Origin: Candidatus Jordarchaeales archaeon
GTDB taxonomy: Archaea; Asgardarchaeota; Jordiarchaeia; Jordiarchaeales; Freyrarchaeaceae
Reading direction: 5' to 3'
Length of the DNA: 27,075 nucleotides
Assembly (NCBI GenBank): GCA_038858525.1
Contig: JAWCFL010000024.1
Span: forward strand, 1-27,075
Every line of letters begins with the position of its first letter. The stretch's first letter is position 1. The translations under genes were made by a program, and so were the position numbers. Positions 25,068 to 27,075 of this stretch are shown piece after piece. A model generated the notes under the pieces. It worked only from the letters and a program-made list of their open reading frames with translations, was not told the DNA's origin and did no database searches.

Positions 25068-25362
25068 AAGCATCAGGAAAATAGCGGTAAAAGTGGGGAT
25101 AGAAAACGAAAACGTGGTAAAGATAATACTTTTCGGCTCTCTAGCGGAGAGAAGAGCGGCTCCGGGAAGCGACGCCGACATACTAGTAGTCCTCGAAAAA
25201 GACGACAAAAAATTCGTGGATAGGATAGAAGAGTGGACTAAAAAGTTCAAAGTAGGCTTCCCCATAGAAGTCTTTCCCTATACGTTAAGGGAACTAGAAG
25301 CTTCAATAGCTAAAGAAGCCATGAATCGGGGAATTATATTATACAAAAAGAGCGAAGCTTGA
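24964..25362 (+). CDS. Minimal nucleotidyltransferase (MNT)
   Basis: LFGSLAERRAAPGSDADILVV; start uncertain (ATG 24964 follows GAGGAG). Confidence 0.87.
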   Translation: MSTSPRERRKTPSFVAEESSNSVKVFWLDQDRLIESIRKIAVKVGIENENVVKIILFGSLAERRAAPGSDADILVVLEKDDKKFVDRIEEWTKKFKVGFPIEVFPYTLRELEASIAKEAMNRGIILYKKSEA

Positions 25363-25401
25363 GAGGAGCTCCGTGAAAACTAACCTAACCATCCGGGTTC
25401 T

Positions 25402-25452
25402 GGGTTAAGTAGGAATACATAGTGAATTGTTACTTTCGTTCCTACTTAACCC
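25402..25452. repeat. Perfect 14-bp hairpin GGGTTAAGTAGGAA / TTCCTACTTAACCC with a 23-nt loop at the tnpB 3' end
   Basis: Arms at 25402-25415 and 25439-25452. Confidence 0.85.
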
Positions 25453-26564
25453 TTCCCTCTCGATTAACTCATTGAGGGCTCTTTGAGTGAACCCTTCTCC
25501 CCGCATCTGAAGGTTCAAAACAGCTACAACGTCTCTATCCATTATCAGACCGCATTCTTCGCACTTCGTTATTCTGCCCCCATAGGAAGCCATGCTTCCT
25601 GAGCAGAGGGGGCAGGTTTTAGATGAGTTGGCTGGATTGACGTATTTTACTGGTAAGTCATTCCATTTCAGCTTGTATTCCAACATGAATTGAAATATCC
25701 CTTGCATTCCACTTTGATAGCTTTCGGTTCATTTTCTTTGAGCCGTTAAGGATTCGCCTCTTTATACCTTTCAGGTTTTCAAGTATTGCTCCGCAGCTCT
25801 TCTCCTTGAGCTCCCTCGCAATCTGCGTGGTTAGCTTGTGCATGAAGTCCTTGGCTCTATTCCTCTCACGCCTTGAATATTTCTTTAGCAACCTCTTGGA
25901 TGTTTCTGGCTTAAGCTTTGATAACCTCTGTATTCTCCTCCGCTTGTCCTCATAGACTCTGTGAATGTGGTAGAGCTTCTTCAGGTCGTAGCATCTAATT
26001 TTGCTATCAATTATGGCTGTTATGTTTGTTAGGTTTACGTCAAATGAAGCCCATTTATCCGCTTTAGGCTCAACATTCTTCTTAACCGTTATTATTATAA
26101 GCTCCCTCTCAGTTAGAATCAGCCCTCCAATCCTATCGAAATCTTCGTGAATCCAAGGATACTTTGTTAAATCGACCTCAAGATAACGTTTGCTCGGCTC
26201 CATGCTTATCCTCAGTATGCCGTTCCTGAAGCTGAAGAGCGTATTCTTGATGTAGACTGCCCTTTTAGTTATCTCAGGCTTACCTTCAGCTCTCCTCCCC
26301 ATTATATAGTGTTATCCAGCCCTTAACAAGCCCTATGATGGAGTTTATTGCTGAATCAACGTAGTGCTTTGAAAACCTCCAGTCTTTCAGCAACTCATCT
26401 CTAAGCTTCCTCCTATCCTCTCTGCTGAGGCTTAGATGGGCTTTACTTGAAAACCTTACATGGGCGAAAACATGCTCCAAGGCTCTCTGCTTAACCTTGA
26501 AGCATTCTTCGATTAAACCCCTTGGAGCTTCTACTGGGATCCTGTAGCTCTCAACTGCCTCCAT
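25405..26564 (-). pseudogene. tnpB: TnpB split by two +1 frameshifts in G runs (26297-26300, 25699-25701)
   Basis: SFDVNLTN, AILENL, CPLC..CEECG, DRDVVA; removing one G at each site joins the three ORFs. Confidence 0.9.
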
Positions 26565-26716
26565 AACCTCTCAACCCCACTCTTAGGATAACGGAGCTTA
26601 CCAGTCGGAAGCCTAACAGCCCTAATGATCCCCTTCTTCTGCCACTTCCAAAGAGTCTTAACTGAAACACCGAACTTCTTAGCAACCTCAGAGGGACGTA
26701 AGAGCTCTTCTTCCAT
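26531..26716 (-). CDS. 61-aa MerR-type HTH (IS607 TnpA N-terminal domain only)
   Basis: LLRPSEVAKKFGVSVKTLWKWQKKGIIRAVRLPTGKLRY; no resolvase catalytic domain follows. Confidence 0.8.
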   Translation of the reverse strand: MEEELLRPSEVAKKFGVSVKTLWKWQKKGIIRAVRLPTGKLRYPKSGVERLWRQLRATGSQ

Positions 26717-27075
26717 AAAAGAGCTAATGGAGCTAAAACAAATATTCAAAACCTATCTATTCCGAAACTGCTGACGGCGGCAACCCGTACTTCTAGAGGT
26801 AACCTTCAGGTCTTATGCGATCCGGAGCTCTTACAATCAGCATGTAGGTGGCATTTTCACTGAGAATGAAGACATTAGGTACTTCTGCTTTTCACTTCCC
26901 TCCTACAGGTTACTCGGCGGATGACTGAGTATTTAAGAAGCTGGACAGGTTTCTGATGAAAACGAATTGGTGAAGTGGCAAATAATGAAGAAAAAAGACG
27001 AATGAACGAGGGACGAAATTGACGAGAGAAGACATGTTACCGCAGGCGGAAAACCTTAAGGGCGCGAAAATATCT

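Larger units (their letters stand above)
25395..26770 (-). mobile_element. IS607-derived tnpB element with a MerR-HTH-only first ORF; ends approximate
   Basis: HTH ORF overlaps tnpB; 14-bp hairpin at the 3' end; no TSD or convincing TIR found. Confidence 0.75.

Noticed and set aside
227-25265. Numerous antisense or overlapping ORFs in the track (e.g. 837-1214, 3613-4032, 7300-7806, 11129-11602, 21941-22432, 24855-25265)
   Set aside because: They are shadows of well-supported genes on the opposite strand or in another frame, with no motifs.
25365-26830. GGAGCTC at 25365-25371 and 26824-26830 as a TSD of the second tnpB element
   Set aside because: The enclosed ends show no inverted repeat, and the word is a near-palindromic 7-mer that could recur by chance.
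27019-27075. Possible gene start (TTG ACG AGA GAA..) at the window edge
   Set aside because: Only about 19 codons are visible, too few to support a call.

Overview
Archaeal DNA, inferred from GGTGG/GGAGG SD motifs, TTG/GTG starts, TATA-like boxes and archaeal-type gene families; probably an anaerobic thermophile, but the lineage cannot be assigned from sequence alone. The window is dominated by sulfur/thiol-handling genes: trxB, cysK/M, non-Cys thi4, fdhD, an iscS-like/iscU/sufS operon, dsrEFH-like genes, a stand-alone GcvH with two DGC proteins and two thioredoxin-fold proteins, and a ferredoxin. It also holds two LarA-family racemases, an ECF S-component with a DUF4430 protein, and a decaying accessory end (PIN TA remnant, HEPN-MNT, a tnpB element). 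Main discoveries: (1) a transposase-less tnpB element bounded by 14-bp terminal inverted repeats and a perfect 6-bp target-site duplication, a DDE-type signature rather than an IS200/605/607 one; (2) an IscS-like protein that has lost most PLP/substrate-binding residues but keeps its Cys, paired with IscU and an intact SufS; (3) an 89-aa gene missing from the ORF track that appears to start at ACG and closes that operon; (4) a shared TATAAC-N3-GTTATA palindrome upstream of cysK and iscS; (5) an ArsR(CxC)-DsrEFH-lipoyl carrier-DGC-thioredoxin cluster. No rRNA, tRNA or CRISPR array was seen. All family assignments come from motif recognition by eye, not from database searches.
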